Program-made: the position numbers and the translations under genes | Origin: Octopus vulgaris | Taxonomy: Eukaryota | Length of the DNA stretch: 64,000 nucleotides | Direction: 5' to 3' | NCBI GenBank assembly: GCA_951406725.2 | Contig: OX597843.1 | Location: 18,662,001 to 18,726,000, forward strand | Notes under the pieces: model-generated | The model's input: the letters and a program-made list of their open reading frames with translations, nothing else | What the model was told of the DNA's origin: nothing | Database searches by the model: none | Shown here: piece by piece, positions 13,263 to 26,890 of the stretch | Layout of the letters: the number at the start of each line of letters is the position of its first letter | How positions within the stretch are numbered: the first letter of the stretch is position 1

Positions 13263-15670
13263 TTTCGTGGATTTCTATGGAATCTTCACTAAGTGGCTGG
13301 AAAGCTAGACCAACTGTGTTGACGTTAGAGCATGCTACTAGGAAGGTAATTCGTGTTGTGTACCTCTCTGGTACAAACAAATGTCTCCCCTGAAAATGAT
13401 TCAAAACTTCTAGAATGCACCTTTTCTAAGCAGAATGGTTGCTGATGTTACCAATGTACAGAACTGCTTTAATGGTAATTTATATTTCGAACATTGTGAT
13501 TGTGGAGACACGCTTGCATTTTAGTATAGATGAGAGTTCAGATTAGCTCTGTAGATTATTTTTCGAAAGCTGTGCCGTAAGGGGTTCCACAGTTTAATGT
13601 GCCCCTTGGTTATCCAAACGATAATCGATGCGTGATGAAGAACTGATTTTAGTATAAGTCATTTACGCAATTCGGTAGCTTAATAACACCTACGTTTGAT
13701 AGGTCCGAAGACGTCAGTAGTAATACTGTTTGGAAACATGGTGGTTCTGTCCACTGACATGACGCAGGTTCCTCTGTCAAGCATCATGTCTATGTTACCG
13801 TTGGTGAATGAATGAGGTTCAATCTAAGACTACGCCTGTGATATTGTTTCCTATGGCTTCATCTCTATGCGTAAATTGAAAGAAGTATGGGTGCTATGCC
13901 TTGCCAAAGTGCAATCCATGTTTGGTCGTACAATGTTTTATCCATATTCACCATACCCAAACCCTAACCCTAACCGTAAACCTATATTTGGAGGCTGTTC
14001 CCCACTCTACTGCGTACAGTATACTCTCTCAAAGCACACATATTCATAGCTGGGCATAATTCGCTAAGGATTATGACTTCATAACAGGCACCTTAATTTC
14101 ACTAACTGTTTTAGCTATCGAAGTAGTCGCGAGTTGACATTGACATCCTTTCGTATTGTCCACCCTTGTATCTAACTATCATAACTAACTCTCGGTTGAT
14201 GCAACGTGAAATGAAATGACTTAATCTAAGTAATAACGTCATTCATTTCAGGAATTGATCGCGGGATATTATGATCATCAGCTGAACTTCCAAAACAAGT
14301 ATGCCATATAACTTCATACATGCTCCACCACACAATCTTCTTGAGATACTTCGACCAGAAATTGAAATCAATCCCTCATATGCAACAAGCTTTAGAAGAG
14401 TACCTCCCTATTAAATAATTTTGTTGAATTCAAATGTGGAATCCATTTTTTCGCATCACGTCTAGATTTCAAGATACCCAAACCCTGAATTTTCACTATT
14501 TTCCTCATATTTCTGGGAAATATATTGTGAAAGGTAGTACGAATGTATATTATGGTTTATCGATTATTTTATTAAAGGTCTGGTGTAGCGAGCATTAGCC
14601 CCAGGGTATTTTAATGTGAATGAACAGACTTTAGTTCAGCCGGAGAAAATCATCCAACATCCACTTCTTATCAAGGCAGATTGCAATTAAATACGATGCT
14701 GGGCTATTGAGGTTCAGCACTAAAGAAAACCATTCAAACACAAATTCATGAAAAAGTAGGCATGAACAATAATGTAAACTGTCTGTAGAAATTTAGAGAT
14801 ATTTGCTAGCTTTTCAGTAGAAGTTCAAAGAATCCTAGCTTTGAAGACAATGCAATTTCTATGTATATTAGTACGTTCTTCATAAGCTGGTTTATTCAAA
14901 AACAAAACAAAGACATTCTGTGGATCCAGTATTTTAAAATTCTGTTGTGATCGTATTAAATTGATGTCCGTTTCGGATTCTGTGTGTCAAAAGACTCCCA
15001 GTTCGTCTCCAGTTATTTCGTTCGCCTGACGATATTTCCAAAGTATTGTCTTCAATAAAGTTCAAATTGTTTATACACCAAGAACGGGGATTTATATTTT
15101 CATAACGTTGAATACTGACAGAGAGAAAAGGAGGGAGAGAAAAAGAGGGTAAGAGAAGCGTCTATAACGTGTGGTAGGGGGAACGTAATAGTAATTACGT
15201 TGTTAAAAATGTTAGTTGAAGGTAGTGATATAGAAGAGAGTGAGAAACAGAATTGTAGCAGAGGATCGATGTTCTGATGGTGAGATTAAAGAAAGGCAGC
15301 GAAAGAGAGAGAGAGAGAATGTTTTGTTAATGATGATGAATGTGTTGGTGGTAGTGGTGGTGGTGGTGGTGGTGGTGGAGGTTGCGTTGGTGAGTGTATG
15401 TGAAGAGTGTAATGTTTTTAATTGATATATTTTTTTAATACCGCCTATTACTTAAAGCATGCGCATAAGTGCAATCGTCTGCTCGCTTGAAAAATGCTAT
15501 TAGTTTATAAACCAAAGATGAGAGACGATGTAATCGAACAACAGAAAGAATGAAACCAAATGGGCAATGGCACCAAGAGAAGCAGAGGGTCTTATCCAGA
15601 AGGACTGAAGGTGTTTTAAAACGACAATTATGTAGAATATACAATTTATAAAGGAGCGCTAATTTTTATG

Positions 15671-16155
15671 TCAGTTGTATTATTGCTCTGGTAATATAAG
15701 TTACTTTTATTAAACATTACTCGTTCAGGAACTTTATATATACGACGGATTTCCTTCAGTTACCGTGTACCCAATTAACCAACATAAACGGGTTTGTTCG
15801 GTTGGAGACCAGAGTACACGCAGAAGGAATGAATACAGAAGCAAAATTCTTATCACACAGCCTTGCCAACGCCTAAGTGTATGCACACAAACACACACAC
15901 ACACACACACACACATACACACACACAAACAGACTACACACACACATATGACGGAAATGGAAAATGGATATTACGAGATTCATAAATCATTACTGCCGTT
16001 TCAACCCGTCTTCAATCGGCCCCTCACGGATGAGATAATGGTCAATTGGCCGCGGTGCATCTTTCTTTGCAGATGTTTCTCATCAGTTGACATTTGAAAA
16101 TGTATTCTGCTCAATAAACTCAGTTTCACTTGGTTCGATTATAATGTATTTCGTT

Positions 16156-16215
<60 letters not shown>

Positions 16216-16269
16216 TAATAATAATAATAATACGAAGTAGAAGAAGGAGAAGAAGGAGAAGAAGAAGAA

Positions 16270-16334
<65 letters not shown>

Positions 16335-16342
16335 AGAAGAAG

Positions 16343-16374
<32 letters not shown>

Positions 16375-16995
16375 GAAGAAGAAGAAGAACTACAAAAACA
16401 ACAACAACATCAACAATAAGAGCGAAGAAGTTTCCTCGGAAAATTTCATAGATAAAACAATATCAAAAAACTTAAGCAACATACAATCTCTGTAAACTTG
16501 GAAGATTTTGAAAGGATCCTTGTGGGATGGTTCTGATTTTATTCACACTGAGATCTCTGAAAAATAAAACACAGTTCGAAAGAAAGAGTATTAAAAAGAT
16601 TTCTTATAAAATATTAAATCTTGTATCTTTAGAATCATATTAATAAAAAGAGGACGGTGATGAAGAAAATGGCCGCGATGATGTTGATGATGATTAGGAG
16701 GAGGAGTATTCCGATGTTGATTGTAAATGTTGTAATAATGACGGGGAGAAGGAAAAGTGGGATAATGATAATGATTATTATCAAAAACGATGACAAACGC
16801 TACCGATATTTGGTGATGACGACGTTGATTATTATGAGGTTCATAACGAAGGTGATGATGATTCTGCATGCTAGAAATAGCAGAGTAAATGAGGGAAGGA
16901 AGTAGTTATGATGACATGATAAATTATAACGATTAGTGAATACGAAAATATGATTAGCAGAAGGACTATGAATATGATAGCGATGAAGATGATAC

Positions 16996-17051
<56 letters not shown>

Positions 17052-17848
17052 GTGACGTTCGTGACGACGATGACGATGAAAAATGTGATGAAAAATTAGA
17101 AATTGATAAGAATAACGAAGAAGGTGAAGGGAAATAAATCGTAGAACGGATAAATACAGAGAAATAGAACAAGAAGAAGAAGAAGAAGAAGAAGAAGAAG
17201 AAGAAGAAGAAGAAGAAGAAGAAGAAGAAGAAGAAGAAGAAGAAGAAGAAGAAGAAGAAGAAGAAGAAGAAGAAGCGAAAATGATTCATGAAGAGAGGAG
17301 ACAGCAGTTGATTAAAAGCAGAAGAACCAGAATATGATGAACAAGATGAATGTAGAGAAATATTGTGAAGAAGACGATAAATGCAGGAAAAGAAGATATA
17401 TTAGGACAAGAAAAATAACGTGGAATATCTGAAAGTGGGAATAAAAGAATATAAATACAAATACAGTAGTCACACATCAAACAAACACAAATACACAGAG
17501 ATATATATATGTGTACATACATATATCCACCTATATATACCTTATCAAACCCTGATGTATAAACGCACACACTCACTTCCAGGCCACACATATATTCCCA
17601 CTTTCTTACACACAGGCAAACATAAATTGGAAGACAATATGAATTGTAGAAGAATGAGGGTAAATAAACAAGATAAGAGAGACATTTAGTTTGTGGAAAT
17701 GACATTGGATGACATATCGTGATCTTATTATGAAGAAGATGACTAACATAAGAGAAAGTCTCCCGCCCCTAAGCCCTAGACCATCACCTAATCACCCTTA
17801 TCCGTCTTGTTGCTTAACAACAACAACAGCAGCAGCAACAGCAGCTGC

Positions 17849-17883
<35 letters not shown>

Positions 17884-18480
17884 AAGAAGAAGGAGAAGAA
17901 GAAGGAGGAGGAGGAGGAGAAGGAGAAGAAGATGATGGTGATGATGATGATAACAATGATAAGCAACAACAACAGCAACAACATTAAAACAACAATAAGA
18001 GAAGTGGCAGAAAATGTAGGAGCTGAAGAGGAGAATGATGTAAAAAATAAGGAGGAAACGAAGGAGTCTGTCATGAAGAAAACTTAAATATAATATTTCT
18101 GATCTTATAATAATTCTGCTTGTCATTATGTTAATTAGTCCGTCGGTAACGCTTTCTCGTGATTAGAGAAAAAGAGGGAGAACGAAAAAGAGTGAAAGAG
18201 AAATGTCCATGACCTGAGGTAGAAGGAACGTGACTGTAATGCTTTCACGTGATTAGCTGAATGGAAAAAGAGACCAAGAGAAAGAAAAAGGAATGAGAAA
18301 ACGAAAGTAAGTCGAAGAGTGGAGCAGAAAGAGAGGGAGAGGGATAAAAGGGGAGAGAGAAAATATTTATTACGTGAAGAAAAATTTAGTTGACGGTAGC
18401 AATATTGAGGAGGGAATATAATTTTAGCTGAACGGTGATGTTCTGATGGTGAGATTAAAGGAGGGCAGATAGGTCGATAA
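15671..18480 (+). repeat. Module S copy 2 (subtype B)
   Basis: Aligns with 27585-31620 and 46255-48935; contains (AAT)n, (GAA)n, (GAT)n and (TAG)n tracts. Confidence 0.85.
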
Positions 18481-18489
18481 ATAGATAGC

Positions 18490-18766
<277 letters not shown>

Positions 18767-18819
18767 GCGAGAGAGACAGCGAGAGACATACATACTTATA
18801 TATACATACATACGTAGAT

Positions 18820-19200
18820 AAAAAGAATAATTTTAAAAATCGGTATGCTAATCACGTAGCCTCCCTCCGACATAAGGACACAAGCAAAGCTACAAAGTTT
18901 GCTACCTATTCTTTATTAACATTTTGCTATCATTCCAGCCCTTTAATTTAAGAGCTAAGAAGGATTACACTTTCACCTTTTCTACTTTTATATTTTCAGA
19001 TTTTTTGTGTTTTCATTTTCTTTTGTTTTAACTTTCTACATTTTCTATATGCTGTATTCTCAGTTTTCTCAAGTTTCTTCTCTTATTCATTTTTCTTTAG
19101 TTCGTAATGATATGTTATTTGTACCTGGTGCATATGTTTGAGATATCCCTCAACATATGAAACAACTTAAAGTCCATTAAATTAATAAATAGCATAGATA
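18820..19200 (+). mobile_element. PLE 3' fragment: GIY-YIG remnant plus decayed hammerhead
   Basis: NNFKNRYANHVASLRHKDTSKATKFATY is GIY-YIG-like. 19125-19168 reads CTGGTGC-atatgtttgag/ctcaacatat-GAAA-caac-TT. Confidence 0.6.
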
Positions 19201-19202
19201 TT

Positions 19203-19463
19203 GTTGCTTGTCCATTCTTGAGCCATGCCTGGCTCATAAGGGACGGGACACCGGACCTTTGCCGGTGAGCTGCTAGAAGCAGGAGGAAAGAGTGAGAGAA
19301 TGTGGTGGAAAAAGAGTCAGCAGAGGATCATCATTACCTTACGCCGGAGCCGCGTGGAGCTGAGGTGTTCAGCTCATAAACAAACATCGCATAATCTGTG
19401 ATTCGAACCCGCAATCCTTCGAGCGCGAGACTGCTGCTCTAACCACTAGAACTTGTGCCTCCA
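19203..19463 (-). mobile_element. tRNA-derived SINE
   Basis: Minus-strand head ggaggcacaagttctagtggttagagc...gggttcgaatc contains A and B boxes. Confidence 0.7.
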
Positions 19464-19499
19464 TATATATATATATGCTCATGTGCCTCCATATATATA

Positions 19500-20815
19500 T
19501 ATATTGCTCGTTTTTTTCGTGTTGAAGTTAAACCCACCTCTTGCCTTGTATTGAAATCTTCTACATTCCCTCTAACAACTGTTACCAATTAAGATGTTAT
19601 ATCTGAGTCGGCAGGGATTTTATCCGCTTAACGCTTTTGACATACTCCTACATAATGGACCGTCTGAAATCGCAGTGAAACGTTTGGGTGTACTTCGACA
19701 CATTGAGTGATATCTGTTTATTTCTCACCCCTTAATGCGACTCTCGGTACAAAATTGATCAGTGTGTCCAATCTCAGCAAAATCCGAAGAAAAGTGTGGT
19801 AAGGTTATGTCATAAAATAGAATCCATGTTACCATTTACATGAAAATATTCCATTGACATTTAAATCTCAATACATTGTATAAATAATCGACGTTTCATA
19901 TGTGGAAGTGCTTAATTTTACACACTGTCCAATTTTCTTCAGAATCAGTTCCCTAAATCTGTGAATGATTCTGACGATTTCTGCCTTTCATCATTTTAAT
20001 TTTAATTCTACTACATGACTCCGGCCATAAACTTTCCCAAGAAGTCAAAGTTAATCAAAATCGGATGAATTGTGTAAAAGTTACAACAGAAAATACTAAT
20101 CCTATGGGTGAGTGCATACAAAAAGCGTATTGATTTCTTAAAATCCACCGCTCACGTGCAGTTATCGATTTTTTTGTCAACTCTTCATGCTGGTATCAAC
20201 TAAGCAATGGACATGAACTGTAATTATGTGTAAAATGTCTACAATATCGATAAGAATGTCTCTAATGATATGTTTATTTGCATTTATGCCCTTTTCAAGC
20301 CATTCTGAATTAAATAAATACCTTTTACAGTCTTCCCCTCCAACAATTCACCTATGTCTCAAATTTCATTAAAATCGGCTAAAAACTTTGAAATTTACGG
20401 CCAAAAATAAATTCTCTGTGGGTATTTGCACGCAAAACGCCTATTCATTTTATGTAACCACTTCTCATGCGCACTTGCCGATTTTTTCCTTAACGTCATA
20501 TACTGACATCAACTCACTGCCATGAGCCTCGTTCACTCATCGATTTTCATAATTGGACAGAAACTGCAAAATCTGCAGGAAAAATAACATCGTCATGGGA
20601 ATATGCGAGGTTACTGAACAAAATGGTTAAAATATCGCCATTAAAACCATTTTAAAATAGCTTCCTGTCATCATTTCCAACATTGAAGTGAAAAACATTT
20701 GAAGATCCCCACCAGAACGTAGAAAAAAGATATCTTGTTTGGGATTGCTATACTAAAAGTATTCCAAAATATTCTGTTGTGGGAATTGCTCGGCAACGAA
20801 GGGATATTCAGCTAG
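19500..20815 (+). mobile_element. Non-autonomous Helitron-like element with 3' terminus
   Basis: Repeated aaatttcattaaaatcgg-type motifs; ends ctcggcaacgaaggg-atattcag-CTAG|T. The 5' boundary is uncertain. Confidence 0.5.
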
Positions 20816-20924
20816 TGTATATATATATATGCATATGTGTGTGTTTATGTTATTGTGTGTGTGTGTGTGTGTGTGTGTTCAATAATTAGGGAGTGGCATA
20901 GATAAAATCCAAGCTACATAAGCT

Positions 20925-21233
20925 TCATAGCTACTGAACCACGGAGGTAGGAAACTATACTAAAATGGGGTGCAAGATTGCTTATGGAAGACCAGCAGTC
21001 ACCCATGCATACCGGCCTCCCCTCTCCACACCATCAGTGTTATCCAAGGGAATGCAAAGGGGCCGATACAGCTAGACACCAGTGACGTCGCAACACATTT
21101 TAGAGCTGAGGGAACTGGAGCACCATGAAATAAAGTATATTGCTCAAGAACACAACAAACAGCCCTGTCCGGGATTCGCACTAACCAACTTACGATCCTA
21201 AGCTCGATGCTCTAACCTCTGAGCCATGTGCTT

Positions 21234-21238
<5 letters not shown>
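20925..21238 (-). mobile_element. tRNA-derived SINE (same family as 44745-45065)
   Basis: Minus strand gcacatggctcagaggttagagc...gcgaatcccggacagggctg...cttgagcaa...ctccagtt. Confidence 0.8.
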
Positions 21239-21268
<30 letters not shown>

Positions 21269-21269
21269 C

Positions 21270-24200
21270 CTCTACAAAATGAAGGAGAAGCATTACAACT
21301 TCAATATTCATGGTCAGTGTTATCATCGCATGGGAAGTCTTGATCCTCAGCCTACCAAGGAACCCAAGTTCTTTCAGATTTTCTTCATGGGTTGTTCAAA
21401 CGCAGAAGGTATCCAACGGTGCAACAGAAATTCAGATGTTGACGCACCAATTGTTGAAAATGGCAAGCGTGATATTGTCTTCCAGCACCGCGATAGCCGA
21501 CTGTCCTTTGTTTCGGAAACCCATCGGTCATACGACTGCCTGCAGTACCCTCTACTGTTTCCCCTTTGGAGAGGATGGCTACAGCTTTCACCAATGCCAT
21601 GTTGATCCAATCACGAGTGCTGAATTAACCAAGGCTGTTTCCTGCAAGGAATTCTATGCCTTCCATCTTATGGTCAGAGAAGAAAAGTTCAACCAACTAC
21701 TACGGTACAAGGAAGTCACAAATCAATTCTTGGTTGACATGTTTGCCAAGGTTGAAGGTGAAATGTTTCTTTATAGTCGTCAAAATCAAAAGATCGATAT
21801 CTTACCGTTCATGTCCAGCTGTATGGTAATGCAAGAAACATTGGCCTTCCGGTGATACGTCCTTCCAGCCATACCGGGTCTCCACGGTACATGCATCAGC
21901 GGACACAGGATGCCATGGCATATGTCCGTAAATTTGGCGGACATGACCTCTTAATCACCTTTACGTGCAACTCATCTTGGCGAGAGATAAAGGAAAACTT
22001 ATTCTAAGGCCAGGCTGCATGCGACAGACACGACTTAGTGGCCAGAGTTTTCCATGGAATATTGTAGAAATTAATGTGGCTATTGAAACATGATGCTGTC
22101 TACGGAAGACTTAACGCGTGGAAGTACATTGTAGAATGGCAAAAGCGGAGTCTTCCACACGCCCATATACTGATTTGATGCCAAGAAATAATCAGACCTG
22201 CGGACATAGATCAGATTATATGTGTAGAGCTGCCTGACCCTAATGTCAACTTGCAGCTATTCCAAATCGTGTCGGCGCATATGATACACGGGCCCTGTGG
22301 TGTCTTGAATCCTAATTCTCCATGTATGGAAAAAAATAGATGTTCAAAGAACTATCCCACGGCTTTCAACAGGGCTACATGTACTGGTATTTAGGGCTAC
22401 CCAATTTACTGACGACGTGCCCGTGATTTTGGAGGAATTTCGGCGAAAAAAAGGATAAAGGGCAAAGACATTGACATCAACAACAGTATGGTTGTTCCCT
22501 ACAGCCCTTTCTCCCTTAAAATTTTCAACGCCCACATCAACGTTGAATCTTGCACCTCGATTAAAGGCATCAAGTACATATGCAAACATGTAAACAAGGG
22601 CAGCGACATGGCTGTTTTGGGTGTGCAGGATGAAGAGACAGCCAACGATGAAATCCTTCAATATTTCGTCCAATATGGCGGCATGGCGCATTCTAGGTTT
22701 TGATATTCACCAGTCCTCTGCAGCTGTTTTTGGCCTAGATGTACACCTAGAAAATGGGTAACGTGTTTACTTCACTGAGGACACCGCCGCAAATGTACTC
22801 AGACAGCCACCGGAAACCACTCTGGATTCGACCTCAATAACGTCATCTACAACACGGCCCTCCTCGATTTGCAATCAGGACTGCAAGCTATGGGAGGAGT
22901 TGGCGTATCAGATTTCATTCTGCCGTCTCCGCGGGACATTCCAAATACTTTAGCTGCTGAGTACATGCGAGAGTTGAGCTACAACACGCAAGAAATTGTA
23001 GCACAGGTTGCTCAGGATGAGCCTAGACTTTTGGAAGAACAGAGAATTGAATACAACAGGATCCTTGCAAGTATTAATTCCAACGAAGGACAACTTTTTT
23101 TCTTGGATGCTCCCGGCATAACCGGAAAAACTCTTCTCATGAACCTCCTACTCGCCAATATTTTCCAGGAAAATCGGATTGCCATAGCGGTTGCATCCAG
23201 CGGCATCGCAGCAACTCTACTGCATGGCGGTCGTACGGCACACTCAGCATTCAAATTACCACTAGACCTGACCAAACAGGGAAATCCCACTTGCAATGTT
23301 AGTCTTGGCTCAGCCATGGGGAATCTTCTCACTGAGTGCAGCCTTATCATCTGGGATGAGGCAGCCATGTGTTATAAGGCAGCATTTGAGGCGCTCGAGC
23401 GGTCTCTTCAAGACCTGAGACGCAATATCAGAGTGATGGGCGGAGTAATTGTTATACTTGCTGGCAACTTCCGACAAACTCTACCTGTCTTTCCACGGGG
23501 GACAAGAGCTGACGAGGTAAATTCTTCCATAAAATCATCCTACTTATGGCACCACAGCGAGAAACTTTACCTGACTACGAACATGAGAGTTCACGTGTTT
23601 GGCGACGAAAATGCGGCCACATTCTCGGCGCAGCTTCTCGATGTTAGTAATGGAACTGTAGCTGGCGATACTGATGGTTTCATCCATTTACCATTTGGTA
23701 ACTTCGTGCCTAACGTAGATGATCTGATTTCTGCAGTTTTTCTGGACATTGCAAGCCAAAGCCTTCACAAAACTTGCCTACAAGGAATAGCAATTTTGGC
23801 GCCTCACAACAAAACAGTCGACGCTATCAATAATAAACTTTTTGATCTGCTTCCTGGAGAAAAACTCTCCTTCAAGTCCATTGAGACGCATGAAAACCCG
23901 GATGATATGACCATTTTCACAACGGAATTTCTTAATTCCCAAAAACCCGCAGAACTTCCGCCTCACGAACTCCATCTCAATGATGGCGCCCCCATCATGC
24001 TGCTGCGGAATCTTGATGCTCCAATAATGTGTAAAGGCACGTGGATGATAATAAAAAAAATATACTCCCGAGTTCTGCAGGCAACCATCTTGAATGGACC
24101 AGCCACTGGTCAAGATGTTCTTATAACCCCAATGTCCCTCACTCCCTCCGATACGATCTACAAGTTTAAGCGGCTTCAATTTCCTATCAAACTCTCCTTT

Positions 24201-24871
24201 GCATAGCAAATATATGAGGTACAGGGTCAATCATTGCAAATGGTTGGTTTAAATCTCACAGATCAAGTATTCTCGCACGGGCAACTGTTCGTTGGATGCT
24301 CCCATATTGGCAGCAAACAAAGTCTAGACTTTTGTGCATCAGAAGGGAAAACGAGAAATGTTGCCTACAAAGAAGCGCTCCTCTGAAAAGATGGCATTTC
24401 TTCACATCTTTCAAAACACCCCAGTCATCTGCCGCCCCAAAAGCGTCGTAGCCGCCGTGCCAGCCAATGTAACTCAATGACACACACCATCACTCACTCA
24501 CCCTATCTCTCTTTCTCACCCTCTTCTCCTCTCTGCAAAGAAAATGCTTATGGATACAACTGCTTACAAAAATAGGGATTAATGTATAATTTCTTTCTAT
24601 CTTCATAATTAAATAAATGCTTTAATGATTAAACAGTGGTCCAATACAATAGCTCTCAGAAACAGACTACGTACAAATTCTGTCTTCACAACTCCTGAAG
24701 CTGTTTACTGACAGCGGGAGGGGTGTTGATGGAAAGAAATTTTCATATACCTGGAGGCTCCAGTCAAAACAGGGGGCCCGAAATGAAAGGCTGTTATAGA
24801 TTATGCCTAACCGAAAACGATCACACCCACATCATCCAAACAGACCGGGTGAAACCGGGCTTAACTGCTAC
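21270..24871 (+). mobile_element. Helitron family B, 5'-truncated, with Rep, PIF1 helicase and probable 3' terminus
   Basis: FNIHGQCYHRMGSL, YDCLQYPLLFP, PSSHTGSPRYM..DAMAYVRKFG..DLLITFTCN, VEWQKRSLPHAHIL, MIHGPCG and GIKYICKHVNKG. A hairpin ccgg-gtgaaa-ccgg at 24845-24858 is followed by ctac|t. Confidence 0.93.
22869..24206 (+). pseudogene. PIF1-family helicase domain of Helitron B (445-codon open frame, no genuine start)
   Basis: FFLDAPGITGKT, ASSGIAATLLHGGRTAHSAFKLP, IIWDEAAM, GNFRQTLP, LTTNMR, PIMLLRNL and QFPIKLSFA*. A stop replaces the AMTINK motif; homology continues to about 24387. Confidence 0.93.
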
Positions 24872-24964
24872 TATACCTATATTTACACATGTATGTATAT
24901 GCAAACGTGACGTTCAGTTATTCCATAAATGTAAAATGTATTAAATACTACAAAACATACAAAA

Positions 24965-25057
24965 GAATCTTGCCCAAGGTATCATGCAATGAGACTTAAC
25001 CTGGAACCATGTGGTTCGGTGGCATACTTCTTACTGCACATCTACTCCTGCGCCTAC
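24965..25057 (-). mobile_element. SINE 5' head fragment
   Basis: Similar to the head at 41420-41501 (cttgcccaagg...ggaaccatgtggtt). Confidence 0.6.
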
Positions 25058-25058
25058 G

Positions 25059-25125
<67 letters not shown>

Positions 25126-25340
25126 TGTATATATAATACAGTCTTCATCTTATTTATTTCGGTGATGATCGAAACATAACATCACGTTTGAAACAATTGT
25201 AGGATTGCTTTATGTTTATGTAATTTGTTGATTCGGTTCCTTTACATCTTAAATATTGTACGTATTACTTTTTTCATCGAGGTAAAAAAATAGCCAAGTA
25301 TCCTCTATATTTCTTCTCTATTTCCTTTTATTATCTATAT

Positions 25341-25379
<39 letters not shown>

Positions 25380-25384
25380 TATAC

Positions 25385-25425
<41 letters not shown>

Positions 25426-25512
25426 GGTAAATACATGGGTCAAAAAATCGGATTCATTATGAAAGAATTCATCAATATACCAAATTTCAAAATCTGTGAG
25501 AGAAACAAAGAA

Positions 25513-25570
<58 letters not shown>

Positions 25571-26383
25571 CCTATGTCTTTCATTTTCTCAACGCAAAAT
25601 TTTCCACTCAGTGTGTGTGTATGCATGTGTGTAAGGAATTTCCTTAAGGCGACACGGTAATGTAAAATCTGTATGCAATATAATAGATGTTAATAGCATA
25701 CATTTCCGTTACTAAATATTATGGTTCTTACACACACACACACACATACACACACACACACATACAAGAAAGCACTACGAACACACGCACACACATGAAC
25801 ACAGTCATATATGTACGTAACTATAGGTATGTGTTTATGTGTAATTTGATGTGTATAATGTCTTAATACATACATGAATATATATATCACATATATTTAG
25901 CCACTGTAAAGTGATCATGGGCAATAGTTTTTGCTTCTTATACTGCTTCTTTCATGAACAGAGATTTTCTAACATATTAGTGTCCTAAGTCACACAATCA
26001 ATGACACTATTTTCTATATATTGCTATCGAAGTAAACACTTGACATGCCTGGCAACGACTACCCACCTCCAAGGAGATCAAATACAGATCGAGACCTGTT
26101 GGGTAGAGTCTTGGAGCTAGGGAAGCAGGTGTTACCTCCCGATTGCACTAAATATCGAGTGAATATCGAAGCGAACTGAATAAATCAACTTATGTGTTCC
26201 TGTGGTTAAATGGCAGTTTAGTCGTCTCGTAGACGACGAATAGATAGATAGGTAAATAGAAAGAGAGAGAGAGAGAGAGAGATAATATAGATATAGATAT
26301 ATATTTACATATATATATATATATACACAAATACAAGCAGATATATGTATATGAGATACATGTATGCATGTATGAATATTTAT

Positions 26384-26430
<47 letters not shown>

Positions 26431-26435
<5 letters not shown>

Positions 26436-26822
26436 ATAATAAATCCAAATTTACAGGGAAAAATCAGATTTAGGATTGAATCCAATTTTATAGTAAAATA
26501 TTATATAATATTAATTAGGGACAAAACCACTATTTTACAAATCAAACAAAGAAAGACTTAATCCAATACATAAAAAAATTTAATATGAATTAAATAAAAT
26601 TAAATTCGCCACTACAATTGTTTCGTGTCTCCTCCAAGGACATTCATCAGGTGGATTTCAGATCTTCTATTCAATTTTAAAAGAATAGAAGATCTGAAAT
26701 CCACCTGATGAATGTCCTTGGAGGAGACACGAATTTAATTTTACTTAATTTATATTAAATTTTTTATGTATTGGATTAAGTCTTTCTTTGTTTGATTTGC
26801 AAAATAGTGGTTTTGTCTCTAA

Positions 26823-26828
<6 letters not shown>
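26431..26828. mobile_element. Fold-back hammerhead-bearing mini element in (TA)n
   Basis: Perfect 51-bp inverted repeat (26622-26672 / 26683-26733) inside imperfect outer arms reaching 26509 and 26828; related to 61640-61870. Confidence 0.85.
26609..26654 (-). ncRNA. Minimal type-I hammerhead ribozyme
   Basis: ccac-CTGATGA-a-tgtc..gaca-c-GAAA-caattg-TA-gtgg: intact core with palindromic stem III. Confidence 0.8.
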
Positions 26829-26888
<60 letters not shown>

Positions 26889-26890
26889 TG

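Noticed and set aside
16150-18130. ORFs with poly-R, F, D, L and I runs
   Set aside because: They are translations of (AAT)n, (GAA)n, (GAT)n and (TAG)n microsatellites whose lengths and frames vary among paralogs.
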